A program made the position numbers and the translations under genes. A model generated the notes under the pieces. That model was given only the letters and a program-made list of their open reading frames with translations, made no database searches and was not told where the DNA came from. DNA of 64,000 bases, taken from assembly GCF_009914755.1 (NCBI RefSeq), contig NC_060930.1. One strand, given 5' to 3'. Below are positions 52,346 to 64,000 of the stretch, piece after piece. Origin of the DNA: the human T2T-CHM13v2.0 reference genome, Homo sapiens. Numbering within the stretch: position 1 is the stretch's first letter; every line of letters starts with the position of its first letter.

Positions 52346-55300
52346 AGTAGTATCAGGAAAAATAAAAGTATCAAATATTAAAAAGTTTACAGAGGATCTA
52401 CTGTCTACAGGCACTCAAATGGTGTAGCCCCTGTCATATTTGTGCCTGCCTCTCTCTTTCTAATCTATCCTATGCACTACTGCCAGATTGATTTTCCTAA
52501 AATATGGTTTTGCTCCTACTGATTCCTTCCCTTTTCTTCCCTTTCACCCTTCAGCTTCAATAATACTGCTTGCTAAATGAAATTCAAACTGCTTGGCCTG
52601 GCATTTAAAGTCCTACATAATCAGATTTTTAAGACCCCTTTCCAGCGGTCCTCTGTGCTCTAGACAATCCAAACAATATGCTATGTTTTCTTTAAAGGCC
52701 TAGTTTAAGGGTGATATATAATATGCTTAATATCCTGTAAAGCACAGACACATATCCCAATCTGGAGTCAGGTCTTAGGGAGCCAGCCATGCCTTAAAAT
52801 GTTAGTTGTTTAATTGTGAGAGGCCCCATGAGAGGGGCCTGTGGAGCTTGGATGGCAGGAAGGCCTTGGGGAAGGTTGGGGCAGAAGCCAATTACCACAT
52901 GGTATGGAAGTATCTCAATATATTAACAACTTCTACAGCTGAACCAAGGCATGACAACTAAATGTCAGCATTGGCCAGGTGCCTACTTCTTGACACCGCT
53001 CCTCCCACTCATTGAACTTTTTGTTGAAATTTCTTCCACATTCAATAAAACCTTTATAAAGTGCCATCCCCATTCTCATTGCTCTGCTTTTCTGAAATTC
53101 TGTGGTTCATCTAAATAATCCTGTTTTGGAAGTTACATATTTGTCTTCCCTTTTCATAGTTAACTTTATCCACGAATATATTTAGTTACATATGGTTACC
53201 TAAGTAGCTGGAAAATGTGCATGAAGGCAGGGACTATATACTTTTCATCTCTGCATCCATACCCTGGTGCTGTTATCGTAAAGTGCAGCCAGTCAATATT
53301 TGCTGAATGAACAACTAAGCTGGCACAATTCAGTACTTTATTATTTTTCTAGCAAAGAATGTACCTGTGCTCCCTGGTAATTTTGAATATGGATTACAAA
53401 TTACCAGATTTGAATTATGGCAATACTTTGTATCGGTAAATTTTGTGTGCATGAAAATATAAAATTTTGGGTAGAATTAAATGATTCATTTAGGTGAATT
53501 GGTCATTCAGTCAGCCAGTGGGGTCATTCTGTGTTTAGTCAGTCTGTTAGTCAGTCACTTTGTCTGCCATTTATCCATTCATTTATTCATTCACTGAATA
53601 AATGCTAGCAATTCACAGCTAAAAGATGTTGGTGGTCTCTGTGATGTAAAATTTCTGGGATGCTTCGATGGATCACAGAGGCAATGGGTAATATTTTTGA
53701 GAATGTTAAATGCTTTGCTAATTTCTAACCTTCAGATGTATGTACTCGGAAAGTAGTTCTGGAGTCATCTTTTGCTTAACACATCCTGCTATTAGATTTT
53801 CTTTAATTAGCTCATTAGGAATTAATATCTGTGTTTGAATTACAAATCCACATTTTATCACCTATGAACAAAAATGTCAGCGATTTTGTTTCATGTGAAC
53901 CAGACCAACACACAGTAATTATTTCTGAATATGAAACACGTTAAAAATAAAACAAAAATCTGGAGTTCCCTTGAGCTTGACAATTACCTTGTTGTCTACT
54001 CTGTTTGCTAGTTAGGCACTGAAAATTCTTTAATACAGCTTTGATTTGTTAACATGCAGTTTTTAAAAATGCTGCCTTCCTTATTGAAGTGAGGGAAATG
54101 CATTTCTACTGGTTACAGATATTTTTACAGAATTAAATGAGAGGAACAAAAATGAATGGATTTTGTCAGTCAGTTGCCAACACAGAAGATAAGGCCTAAG
54201 GCTTTGGTCATTTAACATTTGTGATATAATTTTAAAAATCTTAGTAGGATTAAAGAATATCACATTCTATTATTTCTAATTTGATTTTTAGAAGACCTAT
54301 GGAAATGTTGATTTAAAAAACTATATTGAAATAAAAAATGGTTCTTGCAGTTACGTAAGGAAATTATTAACATTATTAAACAATATAGAATCCTTAACTT
54401 TGACAAAGAACCAAGTTTGAATGAAAATACATATATTAGTTTAAAAATATGTAATGAGAATCTATAAAATCATAGAGTTTAAAAGCAAAGGACATCTTAA
54501 GGCTTTGTTCAGTAGCCTTGTTTCCTCTCCTAAGGAACGTTAAGTGTTGAAGTAATTAGTGTTAGTCTGCAGGTGGGTGACAGGGGGTTAGACTTCTGCT
54601 CACATCCCTGTCTTCCTGCTCTTCCACTGCATCACACTGTCATTCTTTTAAATATGTTTTATCATTGTTCTTTCTCCTTTCAAATTCTTAGGTTTCTTAT
54701 CAGACTTGCTGCATTAGAATTCTAAGACAAAGACTTTGAAAAATTCAATGACTTTTTAATTAACTACAACTTTAAAATGCTGACATTTGCACCTCAACCT
54801 GAGTCCAACTTACTAAACATTGTGTGTTTTGCAATCTAATTATATGTTCTCTTGGGAATAGCAAAGTCATAGTGACCTTGGTGTCCCCATAATACCTACT
54901 GAGAATGACACATATGAACTGAACCGGATCTTCAGTCAAAATACTTTACAAGCAGCTATTTACTTGTTATTCCTAATTCAGGAACCACAAGGTCCTCAAT
55001 TTTGTAAATGGCACGTTCAGAGGGGAATCAAATTGCAGATGAATGAGAGAATTTACATAGGACTAGGAGACATGATACCCTTGTTGCTCGTAATGTTTCA
55101 TTAACACTTAACTAGAGAGAGATGTAGTGCACACCCTAACTACATATGCACTGTCCTTCTTCCCTTATATTTTCAGCAGGGTAATTCACAGCTGTGAGTC
55201 AGAATGATAGCATAAGGGCTTCAGAGCTCTGATCACAGACCAAGAATTATCTTGGCAGAGAAATGAGGAGCAGTTAGTACCAAGAGCCTAAAAAGAAAGT

Positions 55301-55434
55301 GCTAAGTAGATAATTAACATCTTTTCTCTCAGTGGCAACCTGGAAAAGTTCTTGGTAAGGAGCCATAAAGAGGTCTCTGGCCTATAAGAAGGAAGAAAAA
55401 TGTAACAGACTTCCTGAAAAAAATGGAGAGGGTT

Positions 55435-57330
55435 TTTTTCTTTTTTTCTGTTTTCTTTTTTTCCAATTATAGCAGCACTTTATTTTTCCTTACACAATGA
55501 CGTGTTGCTGGGGCCTAATGTTCTCACATAACAGTAGAAAGCCAAAATTTGTTGTCATTTCTTAAAGAATTGAGAATAGTGTGCAAAAATATCTTACATA
55601 AATTAAAAGGATGAATAAATTTACAGGTATTAATGCAGACAACTTTCAACTCCTGGCAAGTAACAGCCCACGGTGTTCTGGCAGGAAAACACCAGGTAAG
55701 AAAGGAAACTGGGTCCTAACGCTTGGACTTCTCTAACCTTTGTAGACCAGCAAGACAGAAACAACTGGTTCAGGAGCTCTTGCCAGCCTTTAGAGAAATC
55801 CTGGAACACTGAGCTCTGACACATTAATACCTGCACAGATCGACAGACTGCTGGGCACACAGACTCACCAAACCACGGACTTTTCTTCCACAATCATGTT
55901 CTCACCTCAGCCACTGAGTGACCGAGTTACATGTACTAAGGGTTTAAATCCAAGATACATACAGGGTATTAAACAAATACCAAGGGAACAGTTAAGTTCA
56001 ATACAAAGTCAAAATCAGCAGCAAGTTTTATAATCCAGTGCTGGTAATCAGATACAAGCTTCTGGGACAAATTTCTTTTCAAAGGCTTACTCTAGTTTCA
56101 TGAGACTAGCATGAAGTGTTCTGAATTAACCCATGCAGCAAATGCTACACATCTGCTCACAGCCTATTCTGCTGGGTGATCCACATCTGCTGGAAGGTGG
56201 AAAGGGAGGCCAGCATGGAGCTTCTGATCCACACCGAGTATTTGAGCTCAGTGGGGGTGATGATCTTGATCTTCGTGGTGTTGGGTGTCCGGGCAGTGAT
56301 CTCCTTCTATATCCTGTCAGTGATGCCCAGGTATGTGATTGTGCCTCCAGATAGCACTGTGTCAGCATATAGGTCCTTGTGAATGTGCACACCACACTTC
56401 ATGACAGAGTTGAAGGTGGTCCCAAGGATGCCTCAAGATTCCATTCTCAGGAAAAAGGAAAAGCGCCTCTGGACACCAGAACCTCTCACTGCTGATGGTG
56501 ATGACCTAGCCGTAAATCAGCAACTAGCTCCTTTCCAGGGAGGAAGAGGATGCCATGGTGGCCATCACCTGCTCAAAGTCTAGGGCAGCATAGCACAGCT
56601 TCTCCTTGATGTCGCGCACTATCTCCCACTAGGCAGTGGTGGTGAAGCTGTAGCCACACTATGTGAGGATCTTCATGAGGTCCAGGTGCAGGATGGCCTA
56701 GGGAAAGGCATAGCCCTCAAAGATGGCACTGTGTAAGTGACCCCATCTCCAGAGTCCATGACAATACTAGTAGTACTACCGGAGGTGTACAGGGACAGCA
56801 TGGCCCTGGGTGCCACATACATGGCAGGGGGTATCCAAGGTCTCAAACATGATCTGAGTCAACTTCTCTCTGTTGGCCTTGGGGTTCAGAGGAGCCTCGG
56901 GCAGCAGCACTGGGTGCTCCTCAGGAACCACATGCAGCTCATTGCAGAGGGTATGATGCCAGATCTTCTCCATGTTGTACCAGTTGGAAATAATGCTGTG
57001 CTTGAAGGAGTACTTCAATGTCAGGATGCCATGCTTGCTCTGGGCCTCTTCACCCATGTGGGAGTCCTTCTGGCTCAGTTCCAGTAATATTTATTGGAAC
57101 CTTATGCTATCTCTGATGCTGTCCTGTGTGCTTACTAGAAAGACAAGTCTTTACTCTGACAGAGTTTATATTCTGGTGCTGGGGGCGCCCAACAATGGAG
57201 GGGAACATGGCTTGGGGGCGTCATCCCCAGCAAAGCCGGCTTGGCACATGTGGCGCCATTGTCAAGGACAAGTGCTGTGAGGCTCTTCTTTCACTGTGAT
57301 CCATGGAGAGTGGGTTGGCAGTGGCAAGTG
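55435..57330 (-). pseudogene. ACTG1P18: Processed gamma-cytoplasmic actin (ACTG1) pseudogene, near full length, antisense in the GRIK2 intron
   Basis: Intronless actin-like peptides ([48 protein letters not shown]); start decayed to GTG at 57294 followed by K-E-E (gamma-type MEEE); ACTG1-type 3'UTR; AATAAA (55479-55484, - strand); poly(A) remnant 55433-55462; frameshifts and deletions including the stop-codon region; degenerate TSD at 55416-55434 / 57330-57348. The pseudogene number is from recollection of the locus and unverified. Confidence 0.9.
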
Positions 57331-59089
57331 AAAAAAAAGGAAGGTGTTACCTGATGTGTGTGTGTTTGGTGTATTTCTGTATGTATAGAAGAGAATGTGT
57401 GACCAAAACAAAGTTAACTTATGGTATTACATATTACTTGTTTTTAGCATCAGTTTGACCATTTGAAAAATGGAATATTGGTTATCACTTTGTTACTTGG
57501 CCTGCATGGATACTTTATAACTACTGATTTAATAGTATTATTAAAGGGGAGACATTTCCAACACTGAAGTGGTTCAAGGGGCATAAAGCTTCCTGCCCAT
57601 GATAACATCACCCATTTAGTGTAGACCCACGTGCACTTTTTTTCAGGCATGGATAGCTGGCATGGGGAATCATCTAACACTCCATGAGATGTGTTCCCAA
57701 CAAAACATTATGCCTCATTAGAAAGCGGACTCTGTATTGTTTTTTACTGTCCACATACAAGAAGCTAATAATACACTTTGAGCAATTTTTAAAGAAATTA
57801 ATACTCTTGCGCATAATTAAGAACCCTGTGGCTATTTAATTGTTGCTCTTCTCATTAGACCCTGCCCTGCTCCCTGCAGATACCCCATGCTCTCATATTT
57901 GTTCCCTCTTGCCAGGACCTTCTCCTGGGGCTGCCTGCCTATAATTTAATCAAGTCCCTCGTCCATATTTTATATTTTATATATTTTTCTGCCACCCCTA
58001 GGAAGAGTTGCTTCCTGAATCATTCATTGAACTAATATTTACTGTAACCTTATGCTGTCTCTGACTCTGTCCTATGTGCTTACTAGAAAGATGAGTCTTT
58101 GCTCTTACGGAATTCTAGTGTCTTAATCCTTTGGAGTATTCTTAAGTTATTTTGGTAAACTAATTTATACTATAATATCAGTTGCAAACATTGGAGTAAA
58201 TGATATTTACCCCCCAGATAATACCCAATGACAATCCACTAAGTAAACATTTATTGAACGCCTAACAGGTTGTAGGAATACAAAGATGAATGGGGTTCTG
58301 TCCCATATTCTCATAATCTACAGGAGGAGATTGATACCTACATATTGAAAGTGATATTTAAATACAAATGTGCACTTCTATTTTGTCTTTTTGGGAAGAA
58401 AAATTCATTTTAATCTATCTAGGCATTCATCTGCTTAGGGTGAGAGGAGGGTATGATGAATTTGTTATGAAAAAGATAATGATAATATTGTTTCTGTCAC
58501 ACAAGAATAGGATTAAAGAGCACAATAGTGACCATATAAGCTAGGCTATTTTCTTGAGAAGGGATCATCTAAATATTTTTTTCTTCTTCTTTGGCAAACC
58601 AACAAAGAACAAATAAGTGTGGAAGAGTGAACATTCTCCACTATTAAAACATTATACATATAAAACAGAGGAAGAAAGATCTACCCCCTTTCCAGACTCT
58701 GTAATTTCAAGGAGGAGGAGGAAGAGAAGGGAATGAAACTGACATAAGGTGGTCAGGCCAAAAGAGACTCAGAGGTCGAGTGTTTGAGACACAAACGCTG
58801 AGTTGAGATCTATTGGCCTCTCATGGCACCTCACCCTGAGGCTTTAGAACTGAAAAATCCCAAGAGAAAATCCCAGAAAATCCCAAGAGATTTTTTTTCT
58901 GTAAAATGAAGGTAATAATAACTACTCTTGTTGCCGTTGTGAGAATCATAGACACGAAAAAGTATGTAAAGTATCCAATAAAGTGCTCGGCATCTAGAAA
59001 ACACTTGAGAAATGCAAGTTACCTCCATTTCTTTTCAATTTACCTTCTGGCAGGACTGAATCAACTAACTTCTTCAAGGCTGAAAAGCC

Positions 59090-59290
59090 CAGAATGCAGA
59101 CTGGCCTGACTTGCTGCTTTTATACCTGCGTGACGTGCAGCAAATTGCTTAACCTTAATTTCTTCATCTATAAAAATGAGGATAATATTAGCAACTACTT
59201 CTTAGGATGGTTATGAGTATTAAAAGAGATAACAGATGTAATGGCCTCAGCTCAGTGCATTGCAAGTGGTAGGAGTGCAATAAATATTTA
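59090..59290 (+). mobile_element. MIR fragment
   Basis: GCAAATTGCTTAACCT...TTTCTTCATCTATAAAAATGAGGATAAT...GTGCAATAAATATT. Confidence 0.7.
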
Positions 59291-62200
59291 TTATTGCTTA
59301 TGTTTTTGTTCCTTTTATGTTGTCTGATCTGATGTGTCTAAAAATTATCTTTATTTTTTTTCTTCATTGAAAATCTCCTACCTCAGGTACTATTCTTTTT
59401 TTTTCTTACTTATTGTTTTAACTGTATTTTCTTTATGCTGAAGAGCAAGATATATTGCTTTGCATTTAACATTCCAAAACAGAGCAATGGCCCATAGAGA
59501 TGAGAACATTTTTAGTCTGAATCTAGAAGTGAACGGTTTGATTAAAAGAGAAAACTCTACATTTATTTATCCCCTGTTTGCCTATATTTGCAGTCACCCA
59601 ATTAATGATCACCAGTTGCTTATGTAAATTACTCTCAAGAGTAGCTTAAGGAACATTTTATGAGTCGTACAGGCCAGGAATAGATCTTAAAATAGCGACT
59701 AGAGAGTTGAAGTCCGCCTGTACTATGCTAGAATTAATAGTGCATGACCTGTCACTGCAACGAGGTGGCCCCAAATTTTACTGTAGCCCGCTGACACGGG
59801 TATAGATGTGACTTAAAGGTCACCCTTAAATATAGAAAAGCATGTGGCCATGGGGTGTTTTAGACACTAACGTGCAAATAACACAAAAGTGGGCTTCCTG
59901 CTTGCTACTTATTCCTGTGTGTGAGTTGGGACTAACAGCAGCAGAGTTCTAGAGGCCTTCAGCCCATGCTCCAATTGGAGGTGAGGAAGAGAGGATGCAA
60001 TGGGATACATATCCTAGGACCATTTGTGAGGAAAGTCTCTGTAATCAACCCTAAAGAGTGACGTGGCCTGAGAGATGAGTTCTCATACAAGTCTCTCTCT
60101 TCTCAGGCAAACTCGAAATAGTGGAATTTCAGAGCTAGAAGGGATCTTCAATGGCAAAGTCTTGGTCCAAACTTTCACATACTTTGTAGGTGTCTGATTC
60201 AGTGAACAGAATTTCTGACATGCAGACTTTCCTCACTAATTTGAATATTTTTTTTTTTGTTAGAAGAAGAAGAAAAATATGTCATTTATACATTTTTCCA
60301 TCAGAGGAGTTTGTGAATCTTGGGTAAAATTTTATAGCTCTATCGAGTTTAACAGTTTGAATATTAACCTTCTGGATGTGAAGATTTAAAATATTTTATT
60401 TTCCTACTACTTTCTGGAATGAGACCAATCCTTTTACACATTAGGGGGATTTTCCTGGCCTTTCTGTGTTTATCTAACATGTCACACACCCGGTCCCTCA
60501 TGGTGGGCTGCCCTTTGTTCTTGAGGTGAGACATGTCAGTGGTGGTACCACTGTAAATGGGGCACTTCTCTCCCCAGCTGTTCACCATAATTCCTGAAAG
60601 GGAAACATAAACCAAAGGAAATAAATAATGTTTTGCTTATTTCTCTGCAGCTGCCCCGTGAGGACCCTGGGTACTTGGCAAATCTGTTTTTGCTCCTGAG
60701 GAAGAGCCTAAGGAGAAAAGAAAATTCTATCCAGAGAGATTTAGGTTGCACAAACTGAGCCTGCACTTTCAAAGAAAATAATAGATCACATAGTCCCAAC
60801 TCTTAGAGTTATTATTTTTTTCTTTTCCATTGACTCCATTTTTCCTTGCTGTACAACAGTTTCTAAAGCAGAGTTTTTGAGTGCTTTCATCCAGAACCAA
60901 TGAGTGTACTTTTCTATTCTTCTTTTTTTAATATAGTGTGACTCAGCAGTGTGACAATGTCTTGCACTTAATTCCCCAGAAGTTATTGTGAACCATGGAA
61001 TAATCCTTACCTTTGTCTGATGTGGCACTTTCTGCTATTCAGAACTGACATCACTCCCTTCAGGACTCAATCTCTGTCCTGCTTAAACCATGCCAAGATT
61101 TAGACAATTCTCCCAATTAACTACATTGTGAAGGCACACGGTGATTTTTTTTTTTTTTTTGGCAATAAAAGAAAGTTGAAAACAGACTTTTAAAATTGGG
61201 GAATAGCAACCCCCTTCCCCTCAATCCCCTCCTCCAAATAAGCCACTTTTCCAGTTTTTTCATTGTGGTCCAGAAGTTGTTTTTCTCCCAGTTTGTTGGT
61301 GACATCTCCAGGCGTCTCCCTTTTCCATGATCTCCATGCCAGTGGCTTAGTAAATTTCCTTTGCACACATGATTTCTAAATCTCTATCTCTAGTTGTGTC
61401 TTCTTTCCATGCTATTAAAATTTCCTTTGATATCTCAAGATCCATGTGCCCAAAGATCATTGTTTTGTTCTTTTCAGAACCCACTTTCTCTTCTGATTAA
61501 TGCCATTGACATTCTCCATCTGACACTTGGACTCAGAATCTTAGATTTGTCTTTGACTTTTTTCTTCCCTTACTTCTCAAGTTTAATCATTTTTTCAGGA
61601 CTTGGAGACTTTTCAATATCAAAGCTTCCTGGATCTAGCTTGTCTTTACATACATAGACAGGTACTCATTACTTTTACACATGAATAATTGCAGTGGCCT
61701 CCTAATTTGTTTCTTTATTCTTCCCTTCTTTTATTTCATATGGAAATATTCAAATGTGCGCATATATATTTTTAAAAAGTTATATTCTTTATCCTTTTCA
61801 AAATTCAAGCTAAGATTCTCTGTTAGCGTAATCTTGCCTATAGCATTTGAAACAAGATTTGGTTAATAAACTTCCTATCTATTCAGAGTACAGTTTTTCA
61901 GGATTAAAATATTTGAATAAGTTGATGTACATGTGTATATACTTAAATATTAATATAGCTACATTTTACTAATTATTCATTTTTATGAGATAAATAGGCA
62001 GTAAGTTCAAGTTATTTTTTCAAACTCTGTTTTCAGAGGTTCATGTATATTTTATTCCTACAATATGTTTTTTGAGTGATTCAGGATAGTGCACAAAACA
62101 GAAAGCTTGACTGAAAAGATAATGATTTTTTTTTTTATACTGAACTCTTAGTGACATTGTTAAAAAAATTTTTTTAGCTGCAAGGCTGTGTACTGAGACA

Positions 62201-62539
62201 TTTAGCATTTGCCTTGTAAGAAAAATGTTCTGTAGCAAAACTTGAATAGAGTGGGGGTGTGGTAGATAATTAGGTTTCTTCCATATTTAGATCCTATGAT
62301 TTATGTTACCCCCACTCTTACTGGAGCAAGATTTTTATGTGGGAGCAAGAACTAGTCTGGATAGAGAATATATAATTTGGGGAATTGGTATCTTCAGCAA
62401 ATTTTCAGATTCTTCTCAGTTCATTTTATGTATAAATCTTTTGTAGAACTAAATCACCAGATTTAAGATCTTTTAGTTTTCCTTTCTTATTTTATAGAGT
62501 TTTGGGGAGGATTTGGTAAAAGTCAATAATGATTTAAAG

Positions 62540-62624
62540 TTTATTATTATTATTATTTTTTATTATTATACTTTAAGTTCTAGGGTACATGTGCACAACA
62601 TGCAGGTTTGTTAAATATGTATAC
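62540..62624 (-). mobile_element. Very short L1PA 3' end with (TTA)n tail
   Basis: TTATACTTTAAGTTCTAGGGTACATGTGCACAACATGCAGGTTTGTT. Confidence 0.85.
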
Positions 62625-64000
62625 TTAAAAGTCCTATATAATTTAAAATTATATTGTAAATTTCGTCTAAATTAAGATTAAAATGGCTCAAATCATCATA
62701 TTTAAAGTAGAGATCTTGATCTAGTTTACAGTTATGTATTGCATGAATTTTAAAAATAATTTTAGAGTTCAATACCTATATGGATATATATATATATATT
62801 TATACTATTTTGTAAACAAATTAAAATATTAAAACTCACAGTGTCCTTACTACAGCCAATGGTTGGCAAAGAAAATGCCTAAATTTACTAAAGACTGAGG
62901 AGAGATATTCTATCACTTGATGCAAGCAAGCAACAATAGACCACATGGCTGACTTATTTCTATACTGAGAAAAATCCTCTGTTTCCATTTTCACAAACAG
63001 AATGAAAGGCATTAGCAAAAATGTCCTGCTGCATTCCTTCATGAGACCTATTTAGGTAATGGAAATCTTAGCAAATATATTCCTTTTCCCTTTATTGATA
63101 ATGGTCTAGCTACATAATAGAAACATCATGTGGGGAGCATCTAATGTACCTCACAACTGCCAACAACGGTGTGAATTAGGACAAAAAGGATTGGTCTATT
63201 TCCATTTACTTCAAAGATCCTTTTAATATTCTTTGTTGCTGTAGACTAAATATTGTGATTAAAATTTCCTTCTCTATTTCTTCATTATTATGCTTTTAAC
63301 AACTTGTAATTTCACAAGACATTTCTTAGGAATAAGAAAGTGTTGTAAATAAATGTGGATACATTCTTAATACCTTAGGGAGTGGGGGCAATAGTAGCAT
63401 ATTGATTCACTTACAGTACATACAGTATAATACTACTTATTTTCCCAAAGTGACCATCTGTCCAGCTTGCCAGCTTGTCAGCTATCATCATTCCTCTGAG
63501 CTTCAGATCCTCGCCCGTAAAATAGGGAGAGATACAGGGTTATTGTAACAAGTAGAATAAATGACACACAAATCATTCTAATAGAGTGCCTGGTACTTCC
63601 CTTATATACCCTTCCAAGATCACTCCTCACTCCACCCTTGTTCCCTCGATGATCTTATGCTTTAATTGTGAGAGGCAAAAACAAATACAAAAGGAAATAA
63701 AGGATGAAGCAGTGGGCGGAGAATGTAGACTAGTGGAAATAAACTTGACAGGAAGCCTCCTAAATTCTAGTAGTCCTAGTTTTGCTACCAAACAGCTATG
63801 ATACCTTGCTTGGATCACAAAGTCTTTCTATATCTACATATTGTCCATCAAATGAAGGTTTAATGGGGGTATTTATTAAGTGCCACATTTGTTATATAGA
63901 CATTAAGTCTCATTGTAATTCTAGCATGTTAGTAGTCCTTGTGGGTTAAAGTAAGTGATTAGGGAAGATATGGAAGAAGTGGGACATGAAATGGGCTTTA

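Noticed and set aside
56126-57280. Actin-like ORFs as a functional gene
   Set aside because: Start codon lost, frameshifts, deletions, a foreign insertion and a poly(A) remnant show it is a processed pseudogene

Overview
Primate (very likely human) genomic DNA covering the 5' end of GRIK2 (kainate receptor subunit GluK2/GluR6) on the + strand. Bases 1-17,400 are AT-rich, repeat-rich upstream DNA. A CpG-island promoter carries a non-coding first exon (donor after 19595). A ~5.1-kb intron contains a near-consensus RE1/NRSE. A 408-nt exon (24743-25150) holds a uORF-rich 5'UTR and the signal-peptide-encoding first 115 nt of CDS. The remainder is the start of the long next intron, with a third CpG island, a near-full-length antisense gamma-actin processed pseudogene (55435-57330), nested L1PA fragments, Alus, MaLR/ERVL LTRs and DNA-transposon fossils. 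I found no evidence for a wholly new multi-gene system. The best leads are regulatory or structural: the RE1; five uORFs; strong unexplained splice signals (including a TACTAAC branch point) just downstream of the first coding exon that would give truncated or NMD products; a locally templated insertion inside the actin pseudogene; and an L1-in-L1 insertion with both TSDs intact. Repeat subfamily calls are by eye, and alignments and counts were done by hand.
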